Below are positions 10,781-25,260 of a DNA stretch of 64,000 bases, one piece after another. The stretch comes from Podarcis cretensis (lineage: Eukaryota): NCBI GenBank assembly GCA_951804945.1, contig OX638159.1, forward strand, positions 16,368,001 through 16,432,000, given 5' to 3'. A program made the translations under genes and the position numbers. The notes under the pieces are model-generated. The model was not told the origin of the DNA and made no database searches. It saw only the letters and a program-made list of their open reading frames with translations. Position 1 is the first letter of the stretch. Every line of letters starts with the position of its first letter.

Positions 10781-12418
10781 GTTAAAGCCATGTTCAACTA
10801 AATGTGGTATAGTCCAGTCCATCCAACCTAAGAAGGAGAAGGATATTTACAAAGTCTCAAAAAGAATGACAGTGGCTGGATCCAGACACGGCAAAGAAGC
10901 GTTTCAGTTTAAAGCTATGTAAATTTAAACAGGGAAAACAAGTTGAGAAAAATGGGACTCCACATTGTCATCTGATGGCACAATATTATATCACACATAC
11001 AACACATATAAATCACTTTTTCTTTATCAGCCTAGCTGAGCCCAGTGTGAGAGTCCTCCTGAAAATACATCCATCTGAACAGGCCCTTTGTATATCAAGT
11101 TTTATTTTCTGTCCTTTGTTTCCTAGAACAACCCATTCTTTTGGCACATGGCAACAACTTATATGTTCTCCTCCTATTTAAGTACAATGAAGTGCTTCCC
11201 GCTTAATGCTCAAGGAAAATAGGATTTTGAGGTATTACAGGAATGTTGCATTCTGCACCTCAAGTACAGCCCCTTAGAGACACTGTTCTTAAATAATATA
11301 GTATATTATAAGCAAATAAAAACATTTGATTAAACTTTTGTTCGCTTTCTCCCCTTAAACATTCAGATCATTTGGGAGCAATATTGCTTTAGTCCTCTGT
11401 AGTACATATTCAGCAGATCATGCAAAATATAGAACATTTCACTTACAACAACATCTCAAGTGAAAAAGATGCCTTTGGGACTAAGAATATTGCATTATAT
11501 AAACACAATTAAAATGCACAGTACTCTAAGCCAATGCCAGTTTACCATCAACAGCAACAAAGGCAAATTATAAATGCTCTCTGAAGCTCAATGACAAATG
11601 AAAACTTTATACACAGAAACAATCCCAAGTTACCAAAACTTTCCTCCAGAAAAAAAAACTTAGCTGTAATGTAACAGACATCATGCTTCGGACTTTTGCA
11701 CATCTGAAGATGCATTTCACATTCTAATCCAACTCTAATGTACACTACTTAAGATCCAGTCTTACACTTTCCTAAACTTGCAGTGCTTGGCAAACTGAGA
11801 AGCAAGGAAGTCTGATACTATATAACTGGAAAGTGATACATTGCTTGCAATGATTTATTTATTTATTTAGTCAGCAGCCTTTGCCTATGAATAATAAATT
11901 AAAAAAAATAAAATTATTGTTGTTCCAGAACTAATAGCATATTTTGTAAAGTTCCCCTTCTATTCACTTTCATATGTTACACTGTTGGCTTTCGACCTTC
12001 TGGTGTATCTGTCATTTCCCTATTACTGCTGTATATAAAGAAATAATTTGTATTCAGGAATCTAAGCTTCCCCCTCCCCTGTTTCTTTCTTTTCTTTTGT
12101 AAAAGCTTTTTGACCAATGAAGTAGAAGAAAAGAGAAAATGTAATGCCCAGAGGTATAAAAACACTTCAATTGTATTTCTTTCAGACGCTATATATTTCA
12201 CAAGACACTTTAAGGCATTTTGGAATATAATACATGGAACTGAAGAATTGTTTAAAGCAAGTTCGGATAGTTCTTTTTGTTATTCATATACTGAAAAACA
12301 GGATACACTGGAGAATAATTATGATGACAGGAAACTTAAAACCACAAATATGAATGTGGTTCATCACCAAGATACAATCTGTGGCGAGTTTTCCCCTGCT
12401 TAAGTTTCTTATTATCTC

Positions 12419-13441
12419 TGGACAGGAAAATTGGCTTCCAGATGGAAAAATCAAAATTGGAAACAGAATTGTTAGAATCCAATACTAAAAATTTGTCAGA
12501 AATGTATAATTTGCTGTTGAAATGGAATACGCAGGATGAAACAGTGAAATCAGCTATGATTACGTGGGCACAAGACATTGGTCATAACATTATGTTTGCT
12601 GACTGGGAAAAGTTGTGGACCACCGGTATGAAATTTACGGCATGTAATGCCTTAAGAGAAAATATTATGAAAATGATTTATAGATGGTACATGACCCCAG
12701 TCAAGCTTGCAAAAATTTACCACTTACCTGATAATAAATGTTGGAAATGTAAAGAAAATGAAGGTACCTTTTTTCACCTTTGGTGGACGTGCCCTAAGAT
12801 TAAGGCGTTCTGGGAAATGATATATAATTGAATTGAAAAAGGTATTTAAATATACCTTTCTAAAGAAACCAGAGGCCTTTCTCTTGGGTATTGTCGGCCA
12901 AACGGTGTCAAAGAAGGATAGAACATTTTTTATGTATGCTACAACAGCAGCAAGGATACTCATCGCAAAGTATTGGAAGACACAAGATCTACCCACCTTG
13001 GAAGAATGACAGATGAAGGTGATAGACTATATGGGACTGGCAGATATGACGGGCAGAATCCGAGACCAGGGGAGAGAGACAGCGGAAGAAGATTGGAAGA
13101 AATTTAAGGACTATCTTAAGAAATACTGTAAAATTAATGAGTGTTAGAATGGCGTTGGCTTAGAAATTGTGTGGTTTCCAGCTGAATTGGATAAGTAACA
13201 AGAAAAGAAGGGTTAAAAATTTAAATGAAATTAAGGGGAAGGATTTGCTGGATTAACATAATAGAAATTGGAATACAGAGAGGGGAGGTATGGGGAAGTC
13301 GGGAAAGTAAGGTATAAGAAAAAAAGGGAATGAAATTATACCTGTTCTTTTTTGGTTTGTTTTTCTTTGTGTTTTATTATTGTTTTATTTTGCTTTTATA
13401 CAATTATTGGAAAACTTAATAAAATTCTTTTTTAAAAAAAA
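12419..13441 (+). mobile_element. L1-clade LINE, 5'-truncated copy (ORF2 C-terminus, 3' UTR, A tail)
   Basis: CWKC...HLWWTCP zinc-knuckle peptide, frameshift near 12829, AATAAA and A-run. 18-bp TSD TAAGTTTCTTATTATCTC at 12401-12418 and 13442-13459. Confidence 0.92.
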
Positions 13442-13818
13442 TAAGTTTCTTATTATCTCACAGTTCTTTATTTTAATGGAAGTTAAGGATTGTTGATGAT
13501 GTACACACACACACAATATCAAGGAAACAGTGAAACCCATGAAGGCTACCTGAATTACTTTTCGTGCTGCTCACAAGGCTGGTATGGATGACAGTGAGTG
13601 GCCTGAACCCCACCACCATTTTTAGAATATGAAAATACACTTCCATACTTATTGTGTATGATGAAACAATATGTAACTGATTAATTGGTTTACATTCTGA
13701 TATAAATGAACTGGGGATAATGACTTGCATGTAATATGAATATGCACCAAACAAAACAAATAGTTGTTTTGAAGGAAAATTGAAGGAAAATGATTTCATT
13801 GGAAACATAAATGCTATA

Positions 13819-14056
13819 CAGTGGTACCTCAGGTTAAATACGCTTCATGTTACATACGCTTCAGGTTACAGACTCTGCTAACCCAGAAATATTACCTCGG
13901 GTTAAGAACTTTGCTTCAGGATGAGAACAGAAATCATGTTCCGGCGGCACAGCAGCAGCAGGAGGCCCCATTAGCTAAAGTGGTCTTCAGGTTAAGAACA
14001 GTTTCAGGTTAACAGACCTCCGGAACGAATTAAGTACTTAACCCGAGGTACCACTG
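13819..14056. mobile_element. pogo/Tigger-like MITE (~240 bp subtype)
   Basis: CAGTGGTACCTC...GAGGTACCACTG with TA flanks; closely similar to 16701-16942. Confidence 0.9.
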
Positions 14057-14795
14057 TATCTCAAATTTAGGTATATTGGGCTTTCTTGTATTTTTTAAAG
14101 TCGTCCTTCCAGTTGAATGGAATCAAACACAGAATTTGTTTTCAGAACTTGAAGATCTGTAAACTTGAACTTGATGCAAAAGGATGGTGTATGTTTTTAT
14201 AACATACTATGCTTTATAATATATTATGTTATAAAATATGTCTCTTTGTCTCTTTTTATACAAACGGGTTTTTTCCTTGTAACATTATTTTCTACCCTCT
14301 AGCAGATTTTCTTGCAGGTCCTGAGCTTGCCATGTTTAAACGGGGGGGGGGGGGGGGGAGAGAGAGAGATTAAACTCCTTACTCCGATTATTCCACCTAT
14401 CCTCTGAATGCTGGATTCTCTCCTTCAAGTCAGCTGAAGATTTCCTATCTTGACGTGATATTCAACTAAGTTTACTCAGAGTAGACCCACTGAAATTAAT
14501 AAACCTGACTAAGAAAGGTCAATTAATTGACCACTAATAATGAAACAAATGTTGTAGATATTTTTCCACATTTATTATGCTATTTTTGTAATATACAAAT
14601 GACATGAGAAAATTTGTCTGTATAACATTATTCTTGTTTATAAAACCCAATATAAAGAATAAGGTCAATTAATTTCAATAAATCTACGCTGGGTAAAAGC
14701 TAGCCTTGGGTAAAAACCCTTGAAGTTTGAATACTGGGTATTCAAAATGTGAATCTAAAAATTGTGAGTCCTGAGGAACTCAGATTAGGTCCAGG

Positions 14796-14897
14796 ATATA
14801 TATAGATGATATAGATGATATAGATGATATAGATATAGATATAGATATAGATATAGATATAGATATAGATATAGATATAGATATAGATATAGATATA
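14796..14897. repeat. (ATATAG)n microsatellite
   Basis: Direct reading; preceded by an 8-bp GATATAGA variant. Confidence 0.95.
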
Positions 14898-15922
14898 TTA
14901 CAAGATCTACATAAAATTGTAACCAGTTTACATAAAACTATACAGCATTTTGAGCTTCAGATCAAGGATTAGATAGAAAGGGTTGCAATGACCTTAAGTT
15001 AGAGAAATGGGTTGAACATTACCTCATGGCCGAGGTGCTCTATAGTTAGTGCATTCTTTTTATAATGAATATAAATGTAGCCATCTTTCCATTCGTACAT
15101 CAAAATACTTATTTGCCCTGTCGCATCGGACTCCCATCTAGTCTCCTGCTGCCAAGTCCAGAAGAACAGCAGCATACAGATATGGACAAACCGCCCTGAG
15201 ATCTGTAGGTATAGGGCAGTATACAATTTTTAATAAAACACTGAAATATTTGGTTCAAGGGCATGTGATTAATTCTCATTAGACAAGTATTACAACTGTA
15301 ATTGTAACTCTTTCTGTCCTAGAACCATTTTTTTTAAGGATCTGCTCCACTTCTTACTCAACAGACATTTCCAATAATGGCTCTGGTTCAGTTCTGGTTC
15401 AGTTAAAAACAAGATTCAGCTTTGAGTTCAAGTTCAGATTTGGTTTGATTCCCTGGTTATTCTCCTACTGAGTTAGCTGAGTGCATTCCCTGGGTTTGGG
15501 ATGTCAATTCACTTCAGACTTTCAGGGGCTGATTAAAAACTAAATGCTTCTCTGAGAATCTGGCAGTGTTTGCATCTCAAGTGCATATCCCACAGAGATC
15601 GTGCCAAGGGATCCTGTTTCTCCTCTCTTCTGCGTCTGCCAGGTCCTGTGAGAAACATAACTGTGAGTATGGAACTTGCAAACTTTACAGACATTCCTGA
15701 TGGGAAATGGCACCGCAGGGAAGCAAGATGATTGTGTCTGTAAAGTTCCATAATAAACGTGCACAATTCAGAAGTAAAAAGATGTGGAGGGTTTGGTTTT
15801 TTTTTGCTTTTGATCTGTCATGTCTGTTTTGTCAACATGAAATATCAAGTTTAAAAAATGTCTTTCCTTCCCCCCCCCCTCTTCTTGGCCAAACACTCTC
15901 ACTAAATCAGGGGAGCAAAGTA

Positions 15923-16176
15923 CAGCGGTACCTTGGTTCTCAAACCCCTTGGTACTCAAACAACTTGGAATCCAAACACTGCAAACCTGGAAGTAAGTGT
16001 TCTGGTTTGCGAACTTTTTTTGGAAGCCGAACGTGCTCCGTTTTGAGTGTTACGCTTCCAATTTGAGTGCCACACTTCCGTTTTGAGTGTTACACTGAGG
16101 TCTGTGTGTTTTTGCTATTTATTTTGCCTTTTTGTTTTTGCGGCTTTTTTGTTTTGTTTTTGTGACTGTGTGGAAC
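15923..16176. mobile_element. pogo-like MITE, left portion only
   Basis: TA-CAGCGGTACCTTGGTTCTCAAA start; homology ends after TGTGACTGTGTGGAAC. Confidence 0.75.
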
Positions 16177-16371
16177 GTTTCATTTTGAGAAGCGTAAAGG
16201 TGTTGCGTAGTGACAATGAATCACAGGTGAATGCTGGGCTATGCTGCTGCCACCCACTAGGGAGGAGCATTCAGGCCTGGGTACAGGAGGGGACCCACTA
16301 CAGGAGCCCTTGGGGGTGATGAGAGCAGTGGAGGCCCAGGTTGGTGCTGCAGAAGCGGTATAACCAAGGGC

Positions 16372-16942
16372 ACCTTAAGGAGCATCTCCACCCCCATTGT
16401 TCAGCCCGGACACTGAGATCCAGCTCCGAGGGCCTTCTGGCGGTTCCCTCACTGCAAGAAGTGAGGTTACAGGGAACCAGGCAGAGGGCCTTCTCAGTAG
16501 TGGCGCCCACCCTGTGGAACGCCCTCCCATCAGGTATCAAGGAAATAAACAACTATCTGACTTTTAGAAGACATCTTAAGGAAGCCCTGTTTAGGGAAGT
16601 TTTTAAAGTTTGATGTTATAATGTGCTTTTAATATTCTGTTGGGAGCTGCCCAGAGTGGCTGGGGAAACCCAGCCAGATGTGCAGGGTATAAATATATTA
16701 CAGTGGTACCTCGGGTTACATACGCTTCAGGTTACATACGCTTCAGGCTACAGACTCCGCTAACCCAGAAATAGTGCTTCAGGTTAAGAACTTTGCTTCA
16801 GGATGAGAACAGAAATCCTGCTCCGGTGGCACGGCAGCAGCAGGAGGCCCCATTAGCTAAAGTGGTGCTTCAGGTTAAGAACAGTTTCAGGTTAAGTGCA
16901 GACCTCTGGAACGAATTAAGTACTTAACCCGAGGTACCACTG

Positions 16943-16984
<42 letters not shown>
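16372..16984 (+). mobile_element. L2/CR1-group LINE 3' fragment whose (TAT)n tail is interrupted by a MITE
   Basis: Same family as 8485-8993 (LKEHLHPH...RAFSVVAPTLWNALP); the tail resumes as (ATT)n at 16943-16984. Confidence 0.85.
16701..16942. mobile_element. pogo/Tigger-like MITE (~240 bp subtype)
   Basis: CAGTGGTACC / GGTACCACTG TIRs with TA flanks. Confidence 0.9.
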
Positions 16985-19900
16985 GTTTTAGAATGTTAAA
17001 GTCTGAGCTGGGGAGTAGCCATTGATTTTTCACCATATAATAATAATCCCCTCACATGATCTGAATGCTTTGAGAAACAAAGTGTTTCCTAAGTCAGTTT
17101 TATTAAGACTGAGATCCACAGAACTGCTTCCACTGCAGTTCTATCTCCCTTCCCTTCATATTATTTGGAAACAAACAGATCAATCAATACTATTACAGCT
17201 TCGTGAACAATTTTCCCCGACGTGACTCTGACAGTGTGGTGTGCTGATTCTGTAGCTGCAAGGGACAGCTTCAACTTGTTTTGTGTCCAGTTCAAATGAC
17301 ATCGATCTGTCTACAGTATTCACTCAATAATTCTTTAATTTAGTTCCAATGAATGTCAAGTCTTTTGCTGAAAAGAGCATATTTTGTATGTGTATATCCC
17401 ATTACATAATGTAACGTGTCTTTTCCATCCCTTCATCCATTTTCATCAAAATACACTTCAGGCAATACAAACATTCGCTATTATGGTAACACGTTTGCCA
17501 AGGAAAGATCAGATAGAAACAAAAACAAAAAAGCCTAAAGTATCACTTTTCATCTATGATAATTTTTGGAGGATGCTATGGCATGTCATATTCTGACGTC
17601 TCTGCTAAATCTTTGACTCAGAGTGGATATCTCATACTTTGTGAATATGAAACTACTACAATTGCCATTTCAAAACAAAGGCAAAGGAGAAAATTGTGTG
17701 CTTGGAGTTGCTTAGGGGAAATTGTGAAGGGTGTAAGAGGGGCAGTGTTTGGAAGCAGCAGGAAGGTCATTGTATAGCGAGATGTTTGCTGACCTAAGAA
17801 AAAACACATAATGTGTAAAGCAGGGATGCAGGCGTAACAGATAAGAGATTAGAAATCATTTTATAATGAGAGACTAGGAAAGCAAAATGCATCAGGTGGC
17901 TCTGGTAGGACTAATGAAATACAAGACTCTGGTGCTGCAGTGAAAAGAGGTGAACATCCCCGGCAGATGCATCTTGCAAAAATAGTGCGCTAGAGTGTGT
18001 TTATACTGGGCTGTCCACACATCAATCAACATTATTAGTTGTTTGGTGGTTATTTTGCTTACTATATTGTTGTTGGAGGGGCAATTTTGCACTACAAAAT
18101 TTTGCAGTATGTGATATGACATGTCACATAATTTTAGCCGGAAGCTACAGGACATTCACTGACTGGGAATGAAGCAGTATGTTCTCTCTGAAACTTTTGC
18201 AGGTCCAAACAGTATTGAAAGCGGAATCATATATTACCAGCCTGATACTATTGGGAGCACAAATCATAATTGCACAATAAAAATGACGTCTGGAGGGAGC
18301 CTCAATGAGAAAGCAGCAATTTTGTTGCATGTTGCTTCATTCATTATTGTAAGCTACCTCATGTTATCTATCAGAGTCACAACAAGCATTTTTTTTTACC
18401 TTACTCCACTTCAACACAAGGAAGTGTTTTCCATGGGGGAGGGGGGGGGGTTGGTGGAAGGCAGTAGTGAGTTTTATTTTACCTTGACCTAAGTAAGAAC
18501 TCCGCTTTAATTACGCTTCATGCTATCAGTTAGGGCTCATCCAGACTCCCTTTGGTGCTGCATTCCTAAGCAAAGGTCCAAGCTTTAAAGCACTGTGTCC
18601 GAGCACTTTATTTTGGCCCCACAAAACCATGCCTTTTGCCAGTTAATCGGAGCAAGCAGCAACCCATGGAAAACTCGGATCGCCATTCATTCCGATTCAG
18701 CATTATAAAGCGGGTTTTCACAAGAAAGTGCCAGAGCAAAAAGAAGAAGAAAGCTGTATCATTTCCTTAGCTGCAAAATCAGAAGGTCTACAATAAGAGT
18801 TTCAGACATGTTGCATGTCAGCTGCAAAGTAAATAAAGATTTCAGTAACAGAGCAATCCTAACCCCAATCCTCTGTGACGAAGTGGCAGAGGATTCTCTC
18901 TGCATCTACCAAAAGTGCAGGTGGGTGAAAGCAATAGCCAGCATCAATCCTGAAACATGGAGATTAGCCTAAACCTAATCTGGGACTTCCATTTGGAGAA
19001 GCCTAGAGCTGGTGCAGCAAACATCAGCAATTTTTACTACCACCATCTTCCATCCTGGCCAGCATAACTAGAGAGCTGTGGATCTGGTGAGGCTCCGCCA
19101 CTCTGTCCAGTTTTGCTGCACCAGAACTGCAGCCTAAGGAAGCAGTGCACTATTTTTACTAAACCGAAACGGGTATTAAGGACCATACTACAGATTATGT
19201 GAGAGATCTGTAATTGGAATTCCTGATCTATGTACGTTTTCAAAAACCAAAATACAGCTGCAGGGCTGGGACTGCCAATTAGTTGAATGTGGGAGGGTGC
19301 TTGTTGGGAAATATTATCATGAACTGACCACAGTATATGAATAGTTTGGCCCTAACTCCTGGTACTTTTAAAGAGAAATCTGCTGAACTCAAAACTGATG
19401 TGACTTCACATCCAGTAATTGAGAAAATGATCATCTACAAGACCGATAAACAACAAAATACAAACTAGATGTAAAGAAATAAGTAAAAGAGTGTGTGTTT
19501 AAAATCATTTAAAATCAAATTTGCTTTCCGACATGTCAAAAAGTTGTGATGATTAGTTGGATTATAGCTACATATCATGGAAACAGATATTAGGAATACC
19601 TATGATAGTTATAGGGTTCCAACAGATTAGACATGTTTAAAATCACATTGTTAATATGTCTGAAAAAAAAAGTTGTAGCTATTCTTGTATAAATAGCAGG
19701 TCTTTTATTTACCCACCAAAAATATGTTTGACTTAAAAGAGTATACGTGAAAGCAGCTGCTCCAACAATTTCTGAATGGCTTAAAGCACAATATACAATT
19801 GAATTTATAAACAAAGCAACATATTTTTATACACTGTGATGATAAGAAAATAAGTTTGATGAAAAAAGGATTATATTTGCCATGTATTGGAACAAGTATT

Positions 19901-22288
19901 AGGATAATAATGTTCAGTCTTGCTTGACAGAACACATCGCCTAGTTATTTTTTTAAAAAATCTTAAAGGAAGTTTTATTATGCTATGTATGCACTGAACC
20001 AATTACAGATGGACAGAGTAGATGTCCACACACTTTCTCCCAGGATCACTCATTTGTTTATTTGGTGAGAATCCTACTACCACTTCACAATGAAAAGCTC
20101 TATTTGTCAACACAGATGAGGAAATCACACATGCCTTACAGCTCAGATAATAACAAACAGCATAGCTCAAATTATGCAAGCTAAAAGCGTTGCTTCGTTT
20201 TGACTATGGCCAATTTGATTTGCAGCAGGGCAATCCAATAAAAGCAGCATCTCATTCTTCTTTTGTCTGCTAGGGGAACATGGAGGCATGCCAGAAAGCC
20301 CAGGCTGCTTCTCCCCAAACCCTGCCTCAACTGCATGTGAACAAAATGCCTTTTTCTTTCCTAATCTGTCCTTGAAGTATAATTTTTCTGAAGGTTTTTT
20401 TTTTTTAAAAAAGCACCAAGTTAGTTGCAATTCGTATGCAAAAACTTTTTACAGGGGATCACTAACAACCCAGGGGATCTCTCAATTCAAGGTACAGGCT
20501 CGGCAACAAGGGCTCTTTCACATGACTTCTGTTGCACAGAGACAAGAACACAGTATCTGCACTGTTGAACCCGATGACATTAGCAGCAAGTGGCAAAAGA
20601 ACAGAGAGAAAGCAGGGACAGAAGAAAGAGCTTTAGCACCAGCACAAATGAAAGGAAGAAGAAAATAGTTATGGAGAACATAGCAACAAGACTTCGTTCC
20701 TCAAAATGAAATCAGTGGATAATTGAATTTGGTTAAATTGCTGTGCTTTCTTCTGTATTAGAAAAGCAAAGGAAAAAGAACGAAAGCCCCATTTTGCAGG
20801 TATACATAGGCATATTCTGCTGAGTTTCACCTGCAGTTTTAATAATATTTGGAGGAACAGTAAAAATGCCTCCAAGAAAACAGCATGAAAGAAATGCACA
20901 TGAGAACCCACACTTGCGTTTTCCTCTAGACTTCCAGGGAGCCAGAACAGACAAACTGCTACCCTGTTACTAGAATAACACAGATCTCCCCACATTCTAA
21001 ATACCTTCCTGAGAGCATATTTTAGGATTGACCCACTAGTCGATTGTGCCTTGTTTGGGAATAGTTTCTATATACTGACTGTTGCTAGAGTGGTTGAGTT
21101 GCATCCAACACTAGTCATACTCAGAGGAGACCCATTAAAATTAATCGGCATGGCAAATGTAGGCTCATTAATTTCAACGGTCCCACTTCACATAAAACTT
21201 AAATACAATTTAGTGCCATAATTGGCCTGTTATTGTCCTGCTTGGAGCAAGCACATTGAGTTAAAGTAGTAAGGCAACAAGCTCATCACACTCACGGGTT
21301 AAGTGATAAGATAATAAGCATGATGACCAGTTAATGCCAGTTTTTGGTCTTTAGGCTGTCAAGTATGAATCACAAGGATTTATGTAAATAACAACATGTG
21401 AATTCACCTAGCGATACTCAAGTTAAAGTGAAATAGCTGTGTTTACTCTTTTTTTTTCTTGAATCACCATAACAAAACTAAATCTGTGTCCTTGCTATAT
21501 TTATCTATGTTACTTAGTAGTTTCAGTATACAAGGTTGTAGCATTTTACACAGTGAGTTTAACAAACAAAAGTGCAAAAAAATTCATCGATAAATTAGAT
21601 CTGAAACATGAGAAATTGGTTGCCATTTCACCCAAGGACACCCTTCTTTTCTATATTTCCAACATATGTATAGATAGTTTTTATTTATTCTATGTATTTT
21701 TCAGGGGTGATATGCCATCTGGACAAGAATTTAAAGCAGTTCTCTTTTATGCCCATATTCAAGAAGAACTTACCGTACATGCATTTAATGAAGGCTTTCC
21801 CCACACATCAACTTAATATTTTCTCCAATATTTTGGGCCCATTTTACCATGTAGTCTTTGACTGTCATTTTTAATAATTGATGGATTTCCCCCAAAATAT
21901 GTTTTTATTCTTAACGTCCCAAACTCTGTAATATCTCTGATTTGTCCATCAGTTGTAATAAAATACTACACACAATGATTTTGAAAATATTTGAACTGTG
22001 GTTAATTTCCCCCCTTTTTTTCTTTTGGCTTCTAAATATGAAACCATATTCTCCTGAATTATTAGATTTTTGAAAAGGTATGGTTGTTCAAGCTATTTTG
22101 TTGAAATAGCAGCTTTCCATATCATCTGTTCAAGTGCTAAAAGCGACGTCCTGTGTGCCAGGAAACAAATTAATGTAGGGTTTTATCTGCTGACATTTGG
22201 CACTTCCTAATTTAATAAAGAGAAAACAGAGAAACAATCATACGCAGAGAGATCCTATACCTTCCTGTAAATCAGAGCTAACTTTTCA

Positions 22289-22543
<255 letters not shown>

Positions 22544-23332
22544 TTAACCACCTACTTTCCATAATCCAGCTGTTTTATACTGTCTCTGGTTTCTCCTGAA
22601 AAACAAAGACTTATTTAGCATATTTAAAGTTTTTAATAACTTCCCCACATTTGCTGGGTGTTTAATATCCTTGGATTGTCCTCTCTAGTTTCAGTATTTT
22701 GGAAGGAATTTCACCATGGCTGCTTCAACTTTATATATCTATCCAGATAGGAAAAAGCAGCTCTTGTCCTTTAGTGACTCTACATTAGCAACTGTGTGCA
22801 GGAAAGGTGCTTGATAGAGCAATCATAACCAGGTCAGGGAGGAGGAGAATTGGGGAGTCACACCCACATCTGACTTCTGCTGGTATGGATGAAAAATAAG
22901 GACAGGGTTTTTTGTCCATCTTTGCTGTGCCAGCTCCATTGGGTGATCCACATGGCTTCTAAATTCCACAGATTCATAGCCTCTGGCCCCTTACTCCCAC
23001 AATGCCCTATTTCTGGGCTTTTATCCATTCAGGCCTCTGCCACAGGAGAGCCCCCCTGCCATCTCTAGAGGCATTCATCTTCTCCAGTGGAGAGGTGATT
23101 AAGCTGCATCATAATTACCTTCCCCTTCTGTTCCTGCTCTCTTGTTTTATCTCTCTTTTGTGTGTCACATACGCAACTGATATACACCATTTATTTGGCA
23201 ACCATTTATTGGTCTTTTCTTAATTTTGATATACCAGTAAGTCTCATATTTTTGCAGTCATGATCATCAGTGAATATGATAGTCTGTGGCTACTGCATTC
23301 AGAGGTAAACGCAAGAGAAGAGAAAATATATA

Positions 23333-23335
<3 letters not shown>

Positions 23336-23395
<60 letters not shown>
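23336..23395. repeat. (TA)n(CA)n compound microsatellite
   Basis: Direct reading. Confidence 0.95.
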
Positions 23396-23399
<4 letters not shown>

Positions 23400-23654
23400 C
23401 CAGCTTCTCTTACAACATTGAAAACAAAAATTCCAGTGGTGTAAAGAATGAAAAGGGTGGCATTGACTGCTATCAGATTTTCCTACAGGGCAGGTGCATT
23501 CAACATTTTCCCTAACTGTTGAACATCCTTACTATGGGTCTCTACAATTAATCCCTGGTTCTAAAGTCACAATCAGCATTGCAGATAATGTGGCAGTCCC
23601 TACTCTCAACACTTTACCCTGTATAAGGTGTTAAAAGGGCAATTATCCACCAAA

Positions 23655-23949
23655 TAAAGGTAAAGGTAAAGGGACCCCTGACCATTAGGTGACTGACTCT
23701 GGGGTTGCGGCACTCATGTTGCTTTATTAGCCGAGGGAGCCAGCATACAGCTTCCGGATCATGTGGCAAACCAGAACAGCGCATGGAAACGCTGTTTACC
23801 TTCCCGCCGGAGTGCTTTCGAACTGCTAGGTTGGCAGGAGCTGGGACCGAGCAACGGGAGCTCACCCTGTCGCAGGGATTTGAACCGGCGACCTTCTGAT
23901 CGGCAAGTCCTAGGCTCTGTGATTTAACCCACAGCACCACCCGCGTCCC
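23655..23949 (-). mobile_element. Sauria SINE (internally deleted)
   Basis: Reverse-complement head GGGACGCGGGTGGTGCTGTGGG and (ACCTTT)n tail. Confidence 0.9.
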
Positions 23950-25260
23950 GATCCACTGAAGTACCTAAAAACTGACATGAACTTTGGACAAAATATGTGA
24001 GAAACAGCAGATACAACCCTCCCTTTTCCCTGGGTCATTATCCCCTCTTCGTGTTGTCTTCTCTGTTGTCCTTTCCCTCTTGCTTCCTACCATAGCATTC
24101 CATGACATTTTTTGTAAAATGGTGCCAATCTGCATATTAAGCATGCTTCTAAGGCCATGGCATTTTGAAGAGTTTTGATTAAAACAAGATTAAATTTTGG
24201 TCTTCATATGCTAGGAAACATTAAAAAAATAATAGCACAGCTGCTAGGGAGATATGTCACACACTAGAAGCAGCTGTAAGAATATTTACGTTTGGACTGA
24301 GTTCAAAGACTTGCAGAGTTTTAGGAAGGTATAAGGGGATGTGTTTGTATCATGGCTTGCCAAGAAATTTTAAGAGCAGATGCAGGAAAATGTTGAAGTA
24401 CAAAGTACCTTACAATGCAATACTACACAATTACCCAAAGGTAAATCTTAATACATTCAGTGGGGCTTACTCCCAGGTGTGTGGTTAGAGGACTGCAGCC
24501 TTAAAGTCCAGTTTTCTATTAGGAATACAAGGAGCTGCAGCATCAGGAGGCTAGCCTGACCTGCATTATCTAACTGCCTGTAATAACATAATAAAGTGGT
24601 TTTCTCAAAGAGACTGGAAAATTACTGCTAGACACAGAACAATGTTATAAACATTATTATTGCAACTCTTGACCGGAAACCAGAATCTGCTTTTTTCTGC
24701 GTCCGATCATTTTTGTAAATCTATAGAAAAATATCTAGTGTTGGGCAAGTGTTGTGTCTTCAGGAACTCGGGAAGAGGTTTCTTTCTATTGCTGCTATTG
24801 GGTAGCTTTAGAATAGGAATGGAATAAAAAGTTTTGTGTCTCTTTTGTAGGAAATGTATATTTTTTGTGCATTCTGCAATTTCTTGAAGGCATTGGGGAT
24901 AGAACCTGAGACCGTTAGTATGGTGCTCTAAAGCCCGTCCACCTATAAACATCTGTCAGATACAGATGTTACAAAGTATTCCCTTCTCAAAGGAGAACAT
25001 GTCAATAATATCAATTCCTTAATGCTAAAAGTGTGCATAAATTAATTTATTTGCAAATTATATTTTCTTCTGCAGGTAACAATGGCTTTAGACTTACATT
25101 TGTATAGACAGAATGTTTCTGTTTTGCTGATACTACTGGGTTATGCTGGTTAGTTTGTCATTTGAACAGAAAACCAAAATCCTAATACCTACTTAAGGGA
25201 GCCTATATGAGAGGCGGAAAGTGTGGAACTGGTATCTCCTATAGAATACTGAGTGAATTA

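Noticed and set aside
1887-13441. The minus-strand 5' L1 part and the plus-strand 3' L1 part as one inverted (twin-primed) insertion
   Set aside because: Each has its own distinct TSD and they are 6 kb apart, so they are independent insertions.
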